Source of the DNA: Dicyema japonicum
Lineage: Eukaryota; Animalia; Dicyemida
Assembly (NCBI GenBank): GCA_011109175.1
Contig: RDEW01000001.1
Location: 729,607-793,606, forward strand
DNA: 64,000 bases
Direction: 5' to 3'
Both the position numbers and the translations under genes were made by a program. Of this stretch, positions 13,169 through 27,936 are shown piece after piece; positions within the stretch are counted from its first letter, which is position 1, and every line of letters begins with the position of its first letter. The notes under the pieces are model-generated. The model did no database searches. It was given only the letters and a program-made list of their open reading frames with translations, and was not told where the DNA came from.

Positions 13169-14914
13169 ATTTGTATAAATATATTATCTTGTTACTTGAT
13201 AATTAATCAGACAATAAGTAAAAGTTATTATTCTATAACGCTCGTCTAACTCAATCATCTCTTCTTAGGGTTAATCTCTATTTCAATCTTCTCTTCTTGT
13301 GACTAACCACTATTGCCTGTACAGATGTGTTCAGGGCGCTGCACACCTCACATTCAGAAACTAACACAGGTTGTTAGCATTCCATGCCGTCTTCCTCCTC
13401 AACAGGGATCAATACTCCATGCCTCTCCTCAGCTTGCATACTCTCCAAAGTCTTCCGTAACACTAGAGTATGTATATAAGCTTTTGCCATCTCCTCCATC
13501 TTGAAGCATCCATGTGTCACTTGAAGAATCCACTCTTCGTGATTTTTAAAAAATTGATACTGAAACTACGACAGACAGAATTCAACGTTCAATTTCACCT
13601 TATCCCAATGTAAATGATTATAAAAAGCGTCTTGTAAAAACTCAACATATGAACCATTTGTTTAAATAAATAAATAATTTGTTTTAATAAAAATAAATAA
13701 AAATTTACTTATAATGGAAATCAATAAAACCGCATAGAAAATAATGTGTGATGGCTTCTCTTTATCAAACCTCACGATGACAGCAACTCAACAAGGGTCG
13801 GTCTCAGCAAGAGCCGAGACTTTAAAAAAAATACATGAACTAAAGAAAGCAATTCGTATTCAAACGTGTAGCAACCGAAACCCAAATTGTTTCGTGTTTA
13901 TGTGATAGTAAAATTTTACCATAGAAATCATTTAAGGGAATAAACCTATAAAGCCAATCACATGGATGATTTAAATCCTAGATTCATTTGCTCATTTCCA
14001 ATCTGGAATTACACTCGGAGACCAGATCCATTGTATCGGAAGATGCAGCGGGGGAAGACGGGGAAGACGACTCCACATTTTTGTGAAGGTTTGCTTGCAT
14101 GAGTCGTTAACTAGTTTAAAACAATTTTGATCAGCTTTTGTGGTAAGTGATATGTATGATACCCAGCTTGGGGAGACATAAGAGAACAATACATTTTTAA
14201 GTTTGCCGTTTGTCGACCTGCTACATTGTGAATCCCTCTCTTCCCTACTGCACTGCAGGGAGCCTCATATTGACGAATATAAACGTAGTCAATTTTTGGA
14301 GATATGATAATAGAAAGAGGTTAATAGTTAATTAATTTCTATCCAGTCCCCCAGTTGGAGTGAAACCCATCCTTTCTGAGCATCTCCCATCCATATCTTT
14401 TACCCTGAAAACCCCTATGATGGAGTAGGGAAAAGATAAATCATTTTTGAATGCAGGCCCGGTGCTGTGATTCTCTTGAAAAAGGTGGATTAACTTATAC
14501 TTTTTTGGAATTAAAGATGGGATATGTACAAGTAACAGTAACTCCCATAGTTTCAACTTTTTCAAAATTTGTTAAGATGAATTCGAGGAATAGCGTATTA
14601 ACCACTTCCTTGTTCCGAAACATTGTATCTCCAATCTCTAGTCATCTTTTGTCTTCTAGCAGGAGCAGACTATGTTTACGTATTAAAACTTCCCAACTGA
14701 TGCAATAACTTATTGGAGAGACCATTGAGTGACTTGATAGGGATACTGCAAATAATGAAGAGATTTCGCATTTGTTGTGAGACGAGAAACTTGAGTGAAG
14801 TGGTAATATTCAATTATTCTCATTGAATCAACCATCATCCTAAAATTGCTTTATTACAACTTAGTTACTGATAAAAAACAACTTTAGCTATCATAGTTAA
14901 CAACTACAAGAAGT

Positions 14915-15200
14915 TCATTTCAGGCAAGACTGGCTGCGTTAAGAATTGAAAACGCATTTCCCCTGAAGATTTGTAAGAAAATGAGGTCAATAAGTCAGCT
15001 CCTTTCGTTCCCATAATCTATCCAATACAGTTCAACAAGGTGGTGATCAACTTCCAATGAGTCATAGTGTTTCTACGGCGACTGGTTAAAATGAACTGTC
15101 CACCGAGACATTCGTTATCTTTAGTGGTTAAGAGCTCTTTTGCGTAGACCTAAAAGGGTTCTGCTTGTCCCATGCATCGCAGTCATCATCCTTGGCCACG
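14915..15200 (-). mobile_element. Decayed CRE-clade C-terminal fragment
   Basis: F*PVAVETL*LIG ... IFRGNAFSILNAAS, with stops and frameshifts. Confidence 0.7.
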
Positions 15201-16429
15201 TCATCTTGTTTCTTTCCATCATTCGAACATCTTACAGATCGTTAGCTTTAATGAACTCATTTTGTATATTTTGATAACTAATCTCACGAATTTTTAACAT
15301 AAATAGATATCTTGTCGAACTAATCATACATTGACGAACTGAAGATCATAAAGAGTTATTGAACAACCTTTACTGTTTGCTAGATTATCAATGTTATTGT
15401 TTAATTAACGTAACACTTCACATTGATCATATGTTCTAAATGCCAACCACAAAAAAGGAAACATCTAGAAAAGTGTTAAACCATCTAATAAGTGATCCCG
15501 ATAGTCATCAACAGGTCCGTGAGGTTTCTCCTGTGCTCCTACATAGTTTCCACTGCTTTTCTGCAGCTACGACGCTTATCTGTCTGCACTATTAGAAGAG
15601 ACGTGTGTTTCTTTAAGAATTTATGCGTGTAAATGCCTTCTACTGCTGATCTAAAGAAACAATCAGATTTGATAGATTTTCTACTGAGACTCAGATTCGA
15701 AGCCAAATAGAATAAGAGAACCGAACCCAATATTCCATATTACAGACTGGTCAAGGAGAGTAGAAAAATAGAGTAAAGAGGTTTATTAGTCCAACCATTT
15801 CCCTTCATAGAGAATGTATGGAATTGTAGCTTGAGATCGAGATTCCACACGCCAAATAGAATAAGAGAACCGAACCCAATATTCCATATTACAGACTGGT
15901 CAAGGAGAGGAGAAAAATAGAGTAAAGAGGTTTATTAGTCCAACCGTTTCCCTTAATAGAGAATGTATGGAATTGTAGCTTGATACTGAGATTTCACAAG
16001 CTCAGGAAACACAGGCGTACTCCACTTGAAAGCTGACTGTATAAGGTGGACGTGAAACAAAAGTTTCTTGAGAAAATTATTACACATTTTATAGTCGATC
16101 TCATAGTTTTCTTAGCAGCTATCAATTCCATCTTCATAAAAATAAGATTATATTTTTAATTTTATTGAAAATTATTTTAATTATTCAAAACATTGCATAA
16201 TAATTAGATAATCAAAATTGCATAATGATCAGATAATCATTAATATATAAGAAATGCAAAATAAAATCGAAAAATATTGAAAAAAACATTTTTCCTTGTC
16301 GTTTAAAACATTATTTCTTGATTCTCTCAAAAATCACTTCTCTCAATAGTAACATTTCTTTAAAACATTATTTGACAAATATTACTTTTTTGGAAAAAAA
16401 AGAACACTCGTTATACTTCACATTAAAAA

Positions 16430-17760
16430 AATTACATTTTAACAAATTTGATAAATTTTTAATCTCGCGCATTTATTAGAGTTTTGAAAAAAAACCAACA
16501 AAATAATTTTGATAAAAAACTTTAAATTCAAAATAAAACATAAATTAATTTTCAAATCATTTTTATTTTCGAAACTCTTATTTTCCTGTTTGATGCAAAT
16601 ATGATTTCTATGAATCCTCGAATGAAGCATGATATGTATTCCTCTATTTGACTGTCCACATATATTTGCATAAATGGGAAATCTTGTATAGAAATCTCGC
16701 ACTCAGTTATGACTAAGTCAATATTCGCTTCAATGGTCGTTAACATTTCGAGGTCTCTCGTACTCAATTCCGTTTCCGTTGATATATAAAAAGTCAAAAT
16801 AAAATCTAATAAAATATATACAGAAACATTTTTCTTTGTCGTTGAAAACATTAATTTTTAATTCTCTCGAAAGCATTTCTCAATAATTACATTACTCATA
16901 AATCATTATTGACAAATACAGTTTTGAATAAAAAGAACATTTGTTGTACATCAAGTTAAAACAACTTACATTTTAAAAAATATGAGAAAGTTACTATTTC
17001 TCTGATTTATCGAATTCTGAAATATAACACAATAATGTCATTTTGATCAAAAACTATAAAGTCACTGTAAAATATAACTCATGTTGGCGATACTTTTTTA
17101 TTTTCCTGTTTTATGGAAATATGATTTCGATGAATCCCTTTTATNAAAACATTTGTTGTACATCAAGTTAAAACAACTTACATTTTAAAAAATATGAGAA
17201 GGTTACTATTTCTCTGATTTATCGAATTCTGAAATATAACACAATAAAGTCATTTTGATCAAAAGCTATGGTCACTGTAAAATATAACTCATGTTGGCGA
17301 TATTTTTTTATTTTCCTGTTTTATGGAAATATGATTACGACGAATCCCTTTTATTGTAAATTCAAGATAGAATTCTCAACTGAAGTATTAATTGAATCCC
17401 GCTATTACACTTTCCACAATTAATCACTATTTTTCTATTGTTGTCATAGATTTTAAGGACCAAGTATGGACTAAGTTAGACAAAAAATTGGAAGACAAGT
17501 TTTTGTTCACTATGAGGCAATCATACATGCTTAGTATTTCATCATCAAAACTCTCAATTTATGCCAGCAGCAAGGAATTTGATTATTTACTTGGCGGTCT
17601 AAAGGACATTTCGATATCTTAATTTCACTGTTTCACTCTCTCATCAAATATCTTCTTTTTCCAAAATTGTAACATAGTGAGTGCTAGATTTGGACATTTT
17701 TGAGTATAAAAGCTGACATGTTAGCTACCCAATAAAATCAAGTTTCAAGAGTATAGAAGA
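16430..17760 (-). mobile_element. Possible decayed MULE-like transposase remnants with an old ~530-bp tandem duplication
   Basis: DLVITECEISIQ...ISCFIRGFIEIIFASNRKI loosely resembles the MULE ITD.E..GC.FH..RKI region; 16290-16620 resembles 16830-17140. Confidence 0.3.
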
Positions 17761-19619
17761 ATTCCATGTCATAAATGTTCAAACTGACTAAAAATGAATA
17801 AAAACTCACGTTCACTTGAAAAAAAGTTAATCGCTTTTAATAAAGAATGAATATCTGAGGTTTCAAAAACGATAGGATATTTTTGTTAAATATAAAAGCT
17901 TGTCAACTAGATCAGATCAAAATTTATATTCTTTGTGGAAATCTGCTCCATTACAAGACTAAGGGAACCAAATGTATATACATGGTCATATTCAGTCTCT
18001 GATTCAAAACTTCGAAACTCTGTACGATTAGAAAATTCGTTCCATATCTCTGATCAAAAATCTTTGAAATCTTGTACTCACTTATGAAGTATCTCTTATT
18101 TATAGATGAAGTACATGCTCTGTTAACGTTTCCACGTAAATTAGCTTTAACTTAAAATTTCCTCATAGTAATAATTTTTCGTATTACTACAACTACACGT
18201 GCGACTTTTGATTTGAAATTGAAATGCAACTTTGTATTTTATTTATAAGTAAATCTATAATTACTCATTACAGTAATTATTTTGGTGGTTAGCCAATTTT
18301 AATAAATATTTTTCTTCTTGTCTTGTTTTTTATTGTGATTGCTCTTTAACTGAGAAATACGAATATAAACGTCTTTAAAAAATCCTCTAATTTTTAGAGT
18401 TGTAAAGAAAATGTAGAACTCAAGTTATTTATTCATCTTCAGTACCTCCAAGTAAAGGAAACTGGTGCCTAAGAAAAATGTAACTACCATTTACAGACGT
18501 TCTTAGAATCCAAAAGGTTGATACCACGCGGAGAAGAAACAAAAGGCGGGACAGGACATGAGAAAAGGTTATTTGTCCTATGGTCTTCAAGTAAACAGGA
18601 AAAGCAAAGTGACAACATGGACATTTTTGAGTAAAAAGCTGATGTGCTATTGAAAAGGGGAACCTGACAGTGTAATAACAACAAAGCAATGCGATAGCCT
18701 AGGCGGTTTTAACACTGATTTCTGCCCAGTGCCCTTAATGTCAGCGAGAAATGGGAAAAAGCGGTTACTTTAATTAATAGTATGAAGGGGGAAAGGGACC
18801 ACGAATATCTCTAACTTTTATAATGCGAATCCTCGTAGATATTCCAATTACTCATTAAGGTATTACTGATGCGGTGTTGTTTCTTTTCTTTTAGCTGCGT
18901 TTGAGTCCAAGTAAACAATTTAGTGAAAGGATAACCATGAGATTTAAAATTCGTATCTAATTGGAAACATTTGAAATATTTCTAAAAACTTAATGCCTTT
19001 CAAAAGAATATATTGCCTTGTTACTTTTGAGTTCCACCGTGATCACCTCCTACTACAGAAGACTATATGAACATAACTAACAAGAGGGAGCCTAAAGAGT
19101 CAAGAGAACAATAAAGAATATAGTACGGGAAAGAACTTCAAAAAGGAAACATATGTAGTTAATAGCATAAGTTATGGGAAAGTGAAAATTGAGTATTATC
19201 CGCTAAAATGAATGAAGCTGGTGACCATTTAGAAACGCCTCGCCAAATCAATCACATAGATCCTGCACGTCAACAAACAGTCCTGAAGTTCCAGAGTAAA
19301 AAGATACTGAACTTTTATCATATCCAGATATGAGTGAATCCCACAGGCCCTTTAGGAGCAATAATTTTAAGAGGTCTTGTTATTGTGTTTTCTCGTCCAC
19401 AATGACTCGAATAGCGCGAGAGTACCCATAAATTAAAGAATATGGAAAATTATATAATTTCTAATATTTTAATTATTCAAAAAAACATATAATAATTTTA
19501 TAATCATTAATAAGTAATTTTTATATTTGTACCACACTTCTTCTAAGAGAAGAAGANTGTGTCATAAACTCCCTGTTGTTTCCCATTTCCACATCAGATT
19601 CAGTCGAAATATCTTCGTT

Positions 19620-20070
19620 AGAGTAGTGGGCTGTCCTCACGGCATGCCAGTTCCACAAGGGAGGTAGCAAAGGCGTACTCTTCATCGTATACCTTTATCC
19701 CATGCTTATGTTCAATGAGCACACTTTCGAGCGTTCTCTTCAGATTAACCGATTGGATGTAAGTATTTGTTGATTCTTCAATAGATAATCTACTATATCA
19801 TTCTTGACCATCTTGAGACAGCTCCATCCCATGTCAAAACCACTGGAATAATCTTCACTTGGCATTCATAAAGCAGGGAAAGTTCTTTTGTAAGCAAGTC
19901 ATATTTGTGAAATTTCTCAACTTGCTTAATGATATATCACATTCCTTGCCTACCAATGATTTATACGATAGATTCTCGTAATATTGAACACATTTAGAGA
20001 AAACGGCTACTTTTTGTACTTGCTCATACGAGATCAGACGGGGTTTTCCCTTATCCTCTTGAGTTTCCAT
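19620..20070 (-). mobile_element. R4/Dong-like REL non-LTR retrotransposon 3' fragment
   Basis: Across frameshifts: KIIPVVLTWDGAV ... TYIQSVNLKRTLESVLIE. Confidence 0.65.
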
Positions 20071-21899
20071 GTTATCCAGAGTTTTTGGTTAAAATGCGAT
20101 TATTTCCCGCTTTATTATTTTCGTATCAATCAACAAATAAATAAATCAAAAATTACATATTTGAATATTTTTATTATTTGTGAAAAAATAAAATCACTTC
20201 CAGTACAACTCAATGGAAAATCCAATGAAACATCAAATTCAAAGATGATTGCAACATGTTTTTATGTTCGGGGTATTCTGAAGAAAAAATGTCTGATTAA
20301 GGAAATTTGAAATTTAATTATCAAAAACATCATTGAGTGCTTATTGGAGATATTTCGAAGCACAAATGAAGGTAGGTGAAAAATCTAACCTATACTCATC
20401 GGCTACCACCATTTGTACGTCTTGGGGGAATTCTGCTAATATCTTTATACTTTACAGAAAATACTATCTTCAACAGAAAATATAATTTCAACTCATTTAA
20501 AATACTTTTTTTATGAATTGTAAATATAATTTAAATTCAGATTGCCTTTATTTTTCCATATACCGTGGTATTGCCTAGGTTAATTACCATGGGAAGTGAG
20601 AGATCCTTATTTAATCTCATTTCTTAGGTTCAGCTACTATCTTCCATCGAAAATAAAGTAATCCTTTATCCACGTTTAAGCATTGAGGGATAAAATTGAG
20701 TATTTTTATTCAAGTCATTATAACTCTAAAATTATAAACGATAAACGAGTCGCTGGAAGGCTAAAATATAAGTGTCTGAAATATGCTAGATTCTCATTGA
20801 TGTGACGTTTTTTCTTATCCCAAAGAGAGCTCCGAGGCGTTTGGACTTTTGTTTTATGTTTTCTTCAAAAGACTTGGAAATTTTTCTTAGTACGCTCAGG
20901 AACGACCNTTGGAAGGCTAAAATATAAGTGTCTGAAGTATGCTAGATTCTTAGTGATGTGACGTTTTTTCTTATCCCAAGGAGAGTTCCGAGGCGTTTGG
21001 ACTTTCGTTTTATGTTTTCTTCAAAAGACTTGGAAATTTTTCTTAGTACGCTTAGGAACGACCATGTTCTTCAGAGTCTTCTTAATGGTAGCGATTGTAT
21101 ATATCCAATTGCCTTCTGACCGCAGTGATTAGCTAAGTCAAGCAAATAAAGTCACTTTAAAAAAAGATTGCAACATTAATGAGAATCAGGAAAATAAGTT
21201 AATTACCGGGCAGCACTTCCAAAGTGATTTCAAACAAATCTGAAAAAATGTCATTTTTCCATGCAACAGATACCAAATTGATTGAAACTTTATCTAGAAA
21301 TCATCAACACTGTTCAATTGTGTTGAATGAGGATTCTTGTTCGATTTTTGCAGTTTAAATTTAAGAGAATCTTCTGCTAATGATATGATGTTTGTCCTCT
21401 TTTTTTCAGTGAATGAGAAGTCAATCTCAATTTCTGAAATTTCCGACAATGTTCTTTGTTATTTCATCGCATTTCTCTCGGAATTAGAGAGAAGAGNACT
21501 TCAAGACGACTGGCGACACTTTAAGTTCCATTTTGGTCTTATTTCACACACTAAAATACGTGACGTCTTTTCAAGCCTAACGTACAACTAACAACTCTAT
21601 TTGACTGACGGGAGTCTAAGTGGCAATACACCTCCACGTGTCGTGTGATTGATGTCTTTACGAAAGACTTTTGTAAACGAATATCTAAAGCAAAAAAATT
21701 TTGTTCCAGTTGGTCGTCATTATAAATAGTTATTTAAATCAAACCATTGTGGCTGCCATTATAAACCCACGTGGAGTTGAAGATATACCTTTTCTCCTCA
21801 AAAATCAAAAAGTCAATTTGGCCACATGGCAGCATTTATGACAACAAATGGCCTTAGAAACGACGGAGGGTAATTACTCCAGAATATATCAGAAAGAGA

Positions 21900-23540
21900 C
21901 CACAGTGACTCAGCCATCCAGAGTTCCTTCATCCACCAGTTAGTTAAAGCACATTCATATTACCAGTGAACACTATTTATGGTTTCGCTTGTGCCATGTT
22001 TTTTGATAATCTGTCCGTTAGTCTTCGCCATCCTTATCGCTGTCGTACTCGCTTTTAGATTTTGTCCAGATCGTCTGGATTCATCAGTCCGCCCACGATC
22101 ACTGCGTAATCCTCCTCAAGTGTCCTTGGACAAATACTTTTTGGACGTCCTCTGAACGCAGGAGATACAGTATGGACAAAAAATTCTTCCATGGCGGCAT
22201 TGCATAGTGTTTATTCAACATCCGTAAAATATGTCCAAACATATTAAGCGACAGCGGGCTTCAAGTACGTTCAGACTTATTGGTCCGCAATCGGTCAGTC
22301 TGTATAATTTATTCGTCCACCAAAAATACTATTTTCGTTTCCTTTTCCACAAAATATCCACTTTTAAGGAAATATCAAATTTGACCAACCGGTAGATAAC
22401 TCCATTTATCTATACTCCACATCTGGATTCAAATTACTTTAGCTCTTCAAGGAAACTTTTACTTAGAAAAACGGTCAGCATCTTGTTGAGCCATCTCAGA
22501 ACTCTCGGCGAATTTCTTAAATTTTAAAGATCACGAAAAACGTTTTTTTACTTTCATTAAACATCACAATTTTCAAGACAAATTTATGTGAGTTTTTCTT
22601 GCATAAAATTTGGATTTTACAGTCTGGTCACAGTTCGATCAAAGTATCGTCAAGACAGTCCAAAGCACTTTCCATTGATAGAGCCAAGGATTTCACTAGT
22701 AGTATATTTATTGTTGAGCACGTGGTAAAGNTTCCTTCATCCACCAGTTAGTTAAAGCACATCCACGTTACCAGTAAACAATATTTATGGTTTCGCTTGT
22801 GCCATGTTTTTTAATAATCCGTCCGTTGGTCTTCGCCATCCTTATCGCTGTCGTACTCGTTTCCTGATTTTGTCCAGATCGTCTGTATTCATCAGTCGGC
22901 CCAAGATCACTGCGTAATCCTCCTCAAGTTTCCTTGGACAACAAATTCATGGACGTCCTCTGAATGCAGGAGATACAGTATGGCCAAAAAATTCTTCCAT
23001 GGCGGCATTGCATAGTGTTTGTTCACCCATCCGTAGAATATGTCCAAATAAGCGACAGTGGGCTTCAAGTACGTTCAGACTTATTGGTCCACAATCGGTC
23101 AGTCTGTATAATTTATTAGTATACCAAAAATACTATTTTCGTCTCCTTTTCAACCAAATATGCACTTTTAAGGAAATATCAAATTTGACCAACCGGTAGA
23201 TAACTCCATTTATCTATACTCCACATCTGGATTCAAATTCCTTTAGCTCTTCAAGGAAACTTTTACTTAGAAAGACGGTCAGCATCTTGTTGAGCCATCT
23301 GGAACTCTCGGCGATTCTCTTAAATTTCAAAGATCACAAAAAACGTTTTTTTACTTCATTAAACATCACAATTTTCAAGACAAATTTATGTGAGTTTTTC
23401 TTGCATAAAATTTGAATTTTACAGTCTGGTCACAGTTCGATCAAAGTATCGTCAAGACAGTCCAAAGCACTTTCCATTGATAGAGCCAAGGATTTCACTT
23501 GTAGTATATTTATTGTTGAGCACGTGGTAAAGGCTAACAA
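21900..23540 (-). mobile_element. RTE-like LINE 3' region, shown twice because of a contig overlap at N22731
   Basis: MFGHILRM...FRGRP...DLDKI motifs; 21920-22730 is near-identical to 22732-23530. Confidence 0.55.
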
Positions 23541-24788
23541 ATTCTTCTTTGTCGCTGCCCAAATGTACAAAATCTAAGCTTTATAAAATTCAAACTCTTC
23601 TTTTATGTTATTTCCCGCTCCAGTTGTAAAGTTAATGTCATACAAACGTCACTGATGACTTTGTATTCAACCTCTCGTTCTGACTTTTCAGCCTTGCTCG
23701 ATATAAAGTAACCGACTAAATCTTCAAAAATGATTTTAAAAAAAATGTTCTCCATCCACAAAGTTTCCCAAGACTTGAAAGTTTGAACAAGATTTTTATG
23801 CATGTCAATAACTACAGTGTACAGGCAAGTAATTAATGTTGAGGATATGGAAAACACAAGCGAGTTGGGGTCACTTTTTAGGTTCAGTTTCGTGTTTAAG
23901 GCCTGATTCGCCTTCCAAATTGATTTGACGCAGATCATGGTGTTGTAGGCCTCGATCTTCCTTTTAAAGCGAATGTAGATAAATCTGAATGTTAGTTGAC
24001 TTACAACCTGTCAATTTTGTCAATGTGGAGGTTTGTGACATATCCAAAGTAGGAAAAGAAACCTTTAAGAGCACACGTGGTCCAGTTTGCAAAGTGATCC
24101 GTATTTGTCCGACTCACTGTTAAACAGTAATATAATTTTCATTGTTTATTTTCATAAAAATGCTAATATACGTCGTATAAGGTTCAATTTGTAGAAATGC
24201 ATTTTCTACCATTCATACTTGGAAGACTTCACATTGTCACTGCTCCTTTTCTTTGTCGATTATTCATCAATCAACCTGTCACAGGGAGCGCCCAATGTCA
24301 AGACGGTATCAAAAATAATCATTCGTTCTTTTCCATCTTTACAGGCAATTCGTTTAAAGGGTTCACAATGTGGTTTTTGTGAACTTGTCTGCTTGGAAGG
24401 ACTTGTCTCTTCGCAATCATGGGAATCGGGGTTAATTATGTTTCATGTAAATCATCTCCTCATAGAAAAACTGTCTACATTTGTACCAAACACACCAAAC
24501 CTCTCTCTCTTACCAAGTAACTACAAAATAATTTGCTTTGTAGCGTCTATGGGACGATCACCAAACAAGGGTTTGTTTTTAGTTGGCTTTATTTAAATTA
24601 AAAATTTAATAATATAAAATCAACAAAATTTAATTAAAATTTAAAATAATAATAATTCAACATTTCCGCCAAACAATCGTAATGTTTCTATTACTCATCT
24701 CAGGTGAGGCAGAACTCACACTTGATTTGAGAAGTAAAGAAACGTTATGCTGATTAATTCGAGACCAAGACATTGACGGTGTTATTAA

Positions 24789-24867
24789 TTTTTTTTCTTT
24801 TTGCCCGCGTGTGACTCCATGATGCAACCCGGTTCTTCTGTAATTAATCACTGATGACGGCGTTAGT
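24789..24867 (-). mobile_element. SINE family A 3' remnant
   Basis: Minus strand ACGCCGTCATCAGTG...TCACACGCGGGCAAAAAGAAAAAAAA resembles 51650-51725. Confidence 0.5.
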
Positions 24868-26339
24868 TTTTGGCATGAAAATTCAAAAATTGAATCCTTC
24901 AACCCAACTTGAAGGATTTCATTCAATCATACACGACTGACATTAGGACTGCTTTCGACATGAAGGACTACCAAAAGGTCATTAAATGGTTATATTGCAA
25001 TTTAACATGAAGTATCAATTCCATCCACAAACAGTTGAACTGTACAGTTTAACGTTTCTTAGCTTGACACTGCCGTTTCAACGCGAAATTATAAACAGGG
25101 AGTCTATGATGTTCGAGAAAACTCCAAGCATGATCGAATCCGACTCGACTTCCTGGAAATAAATCCGAACAAACATATGAAATGTTCGTATTCTTGTACT
25201 CCTGTGAGGAATAAAGAACCGCTAATAAAATACATGTAAATTTTCACTGCATCGATTTATGGTTGCTGGAATTTATATTTGCAGATCAATCCGTTATTTC
25301 TGATAAGTTGAAATCATTTAATGCATAAAGTGGAGATCACGTGTCTTTCGAATCTAAAGTAGCGAAAGGAAGGCTTGAGAATAAGATAGAGTGGTTTATA
25401 TATTCTAAGAATTACGGTCAAAGTCCGTCTAATCAGGGAGAATAGTCTGAAAACCCATTTGAGATTTTATCAACCTTACAAAAGCGAATGAGTGATGAAT
25501 CAGAAATGCAAGGCCTCGAACGCTTTTGGGACGCATGCGAAGTCTGTCCACCTTAAAACCACAAGTAAAATGTTTAAAACACGTGTAGGAAATCCAAAAT
25601 CATTTGTGGGGATGTGATAATCTCTCAAAGTCATCCCTCTGAAGTTAAATGCAAGGGAAAGGTCAATTCAATATTGCGTGAATGTACAATGGAAAACTGG
25701 ATGAAGAAACTCTAAGTCACTCAAAATGGGGACGCCTTTATTTGAACCTTAAGTATCAAGGACTATCAAGATATGGATTGAGTGGTGGACGCTTTTAAAT
25801 GTGATGTGTCAAATGGTTATTCCATTGGGAAAAATTAATTTCAGTGAAGTACGATATCTGTAAATCTTTGGTTGACTCAATCCTACCTGAGGAAAGTGTC
25901 CTCATGGAAAATTATGTGGGCATCAGTCAGGTAAGTTATTTTAAAGTAAACACTGCAAATTAAGTGATAGGGGAAATACCGACTTCTAACCCGACAGTCT
26001 CCCCAATAAATCCTTAGACACAGGATCATCTCTGAAGATAATTACCTGAAACTTTAGTGCGGTTTTTGAAACTCTAATAAGATTTTCGATAGTTCCATAA
26101 ACCTTGCACATTTTTTCTTCCAACCATAGGGGAATTGGTATACGAGAACTTATCACGTAATCAAGCTTTGAAGCAAAATTACGCGTTTTCTCAATTTTTT
26201 TAAAAATTAAGTCTCTCCTTTTTGAATCGTACCATTTTTATAAACCATATAACATTCCAGGAAGTATTGCGGAGTTGAAGACATAAACAAAGGTTTCCGA
26301 CTCGAGCTTCAATTTATAACGCAGAACAAAGCGTTCGTA

Positions 26340-26800
26340 GCTTTATCATGCTTCATAAAATTACCTCCCTTTTCAATTATGAGGCCAGGGTATTTCATAG
26401 TTTTTTTTCCGAATTATGTCTTGTGACGAGTTCTTTAGGTTAGCCAGCCTATTGCATCCAAATATCCTCACTAGACCAGACTTCTCATGTGCAACTGAAA
26501 TTAAGTTTTCATCACAAGTCAACCATGTACGTCTTCAACCGTTTCTCAGATACCGAAAGAATTAAAAAGACATCAAATTATGACGTTATCAGCATATGCC
26601 AAGATTTATATACGTTGGTTTCTGGGCAAGGCAATTCTCTCATTACAACGTTGAACAGTAAATGACTGAGCACTGAACCTTGAGGGACACCTCAGCCAAA
26701 TTTCACAAGATTCATAGTGGTATTACAGTGCATACAAGAAGCGTTTTATATTGTTTCTTGAAAAATCGAAACGCAAGGATAAAGATCGCCTTTCACAAAC
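26340..26800 (-). mobile_element. Jockey/CR1-like RT remnant
   Basis: GVPQGSVLSHLLFNVVMRELP...AYADNV. Confidence 0.75.
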
Positions 26801-27936
26801 GGGTCGGCGAGAGGTTAGATGGGGACTAAGATATGCTATTAGTGTGGATCAGAGAAATAACAGAGAAAAGGATTGCAAACTAAAAGAGATGTTAAACTTG
26901 ACTTGTATGTCGCAGAACGGAATGAACCATAAGAGGAGTCAGGTCCAAGCTATTATCAGGACTTTAGTAAGAAGCCTCAAATTAATACCCTCTTTACTTT
27001 TTTTTGTTAATAAAGAAAAAGTTAAAGTTTAAAAACAAGGCGCCTTTAACAGTGCCACAGTAAAATGAAAATGAATTAAACAACAGGTTAAGGAATAAGT
27101 ATCTATCAGTCCGCTAGTTGGCCTGGACTGTTCATCCGGGTACCCTTTTTCCCTGCTAACATCCATTTACTCGTCTAGTAAGTTACTCATCCTAATTTCA
27201 TCTCCAGAACGTTATAGGTACAAAGCCAGTACGCCCATCTCTAGTTAGTTCTCCCTTTGTAGGTCCTTTCCCCAGTATGTTCTTCCACAGTGGTCCCAAG
27301 CCGTCCTGTAGGGACCGATGATGTGGTAAACAAAGTCCCGTGTAGACCTTGATACGAATGTAGGGATCAATTGGAGTGGGCACTAGGTCCAACTTGGAAA
27401 ATATCCGGAGATTTTGATTTTTTGGCTGCTGCGTCCCCCAAAAGGTTCCTTTGTTCTTGTAGAATATGTCCATTCGGTCCGTAATATGTTTCTCCACCTT
27501 GTAATATGTTCCTTTGTTTTGTAGAATAAGTTCAATCGACTTGTAATATGTTTCTTCCCCTTGAAGAGATTCCCTTGCAGTGCAATAGGTTCCTTCGTCT
27601 TGTAATTTGGCCCTTGTAATGTGGATCCTCGCCTTGAAACTCCTTCGACTTGAGAACATGAAAGTAGCACCAGTGACACCACCTTAATTACCTGTTTTTC
27701 CCAGTGCACAGTGACCTCGCACAAGTACTGGACAGAGAACTGGCCGATTTTAATTACCGGTTCCTTGCAGAAACGGAGAAAACCTTGCCCATTGTATCTG
27801 GTAGAAATTTCTAAAGAGAAGCAATCGATCCGAAATCCTTATAAACAATTTAAATGAATTTTTTATAAATTAATAAATAATATCAAAATAAATTAGCGGG
27901 AGTTTATTTAATTTTTAGTATTTTGTTGAGTTCATT

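Noticed and set aside
14332-14565. RNase H domain (LVHIPS) of a LINE
   Set aside because: Only a 5-residue resemblance; catalytic motifs not recoverable
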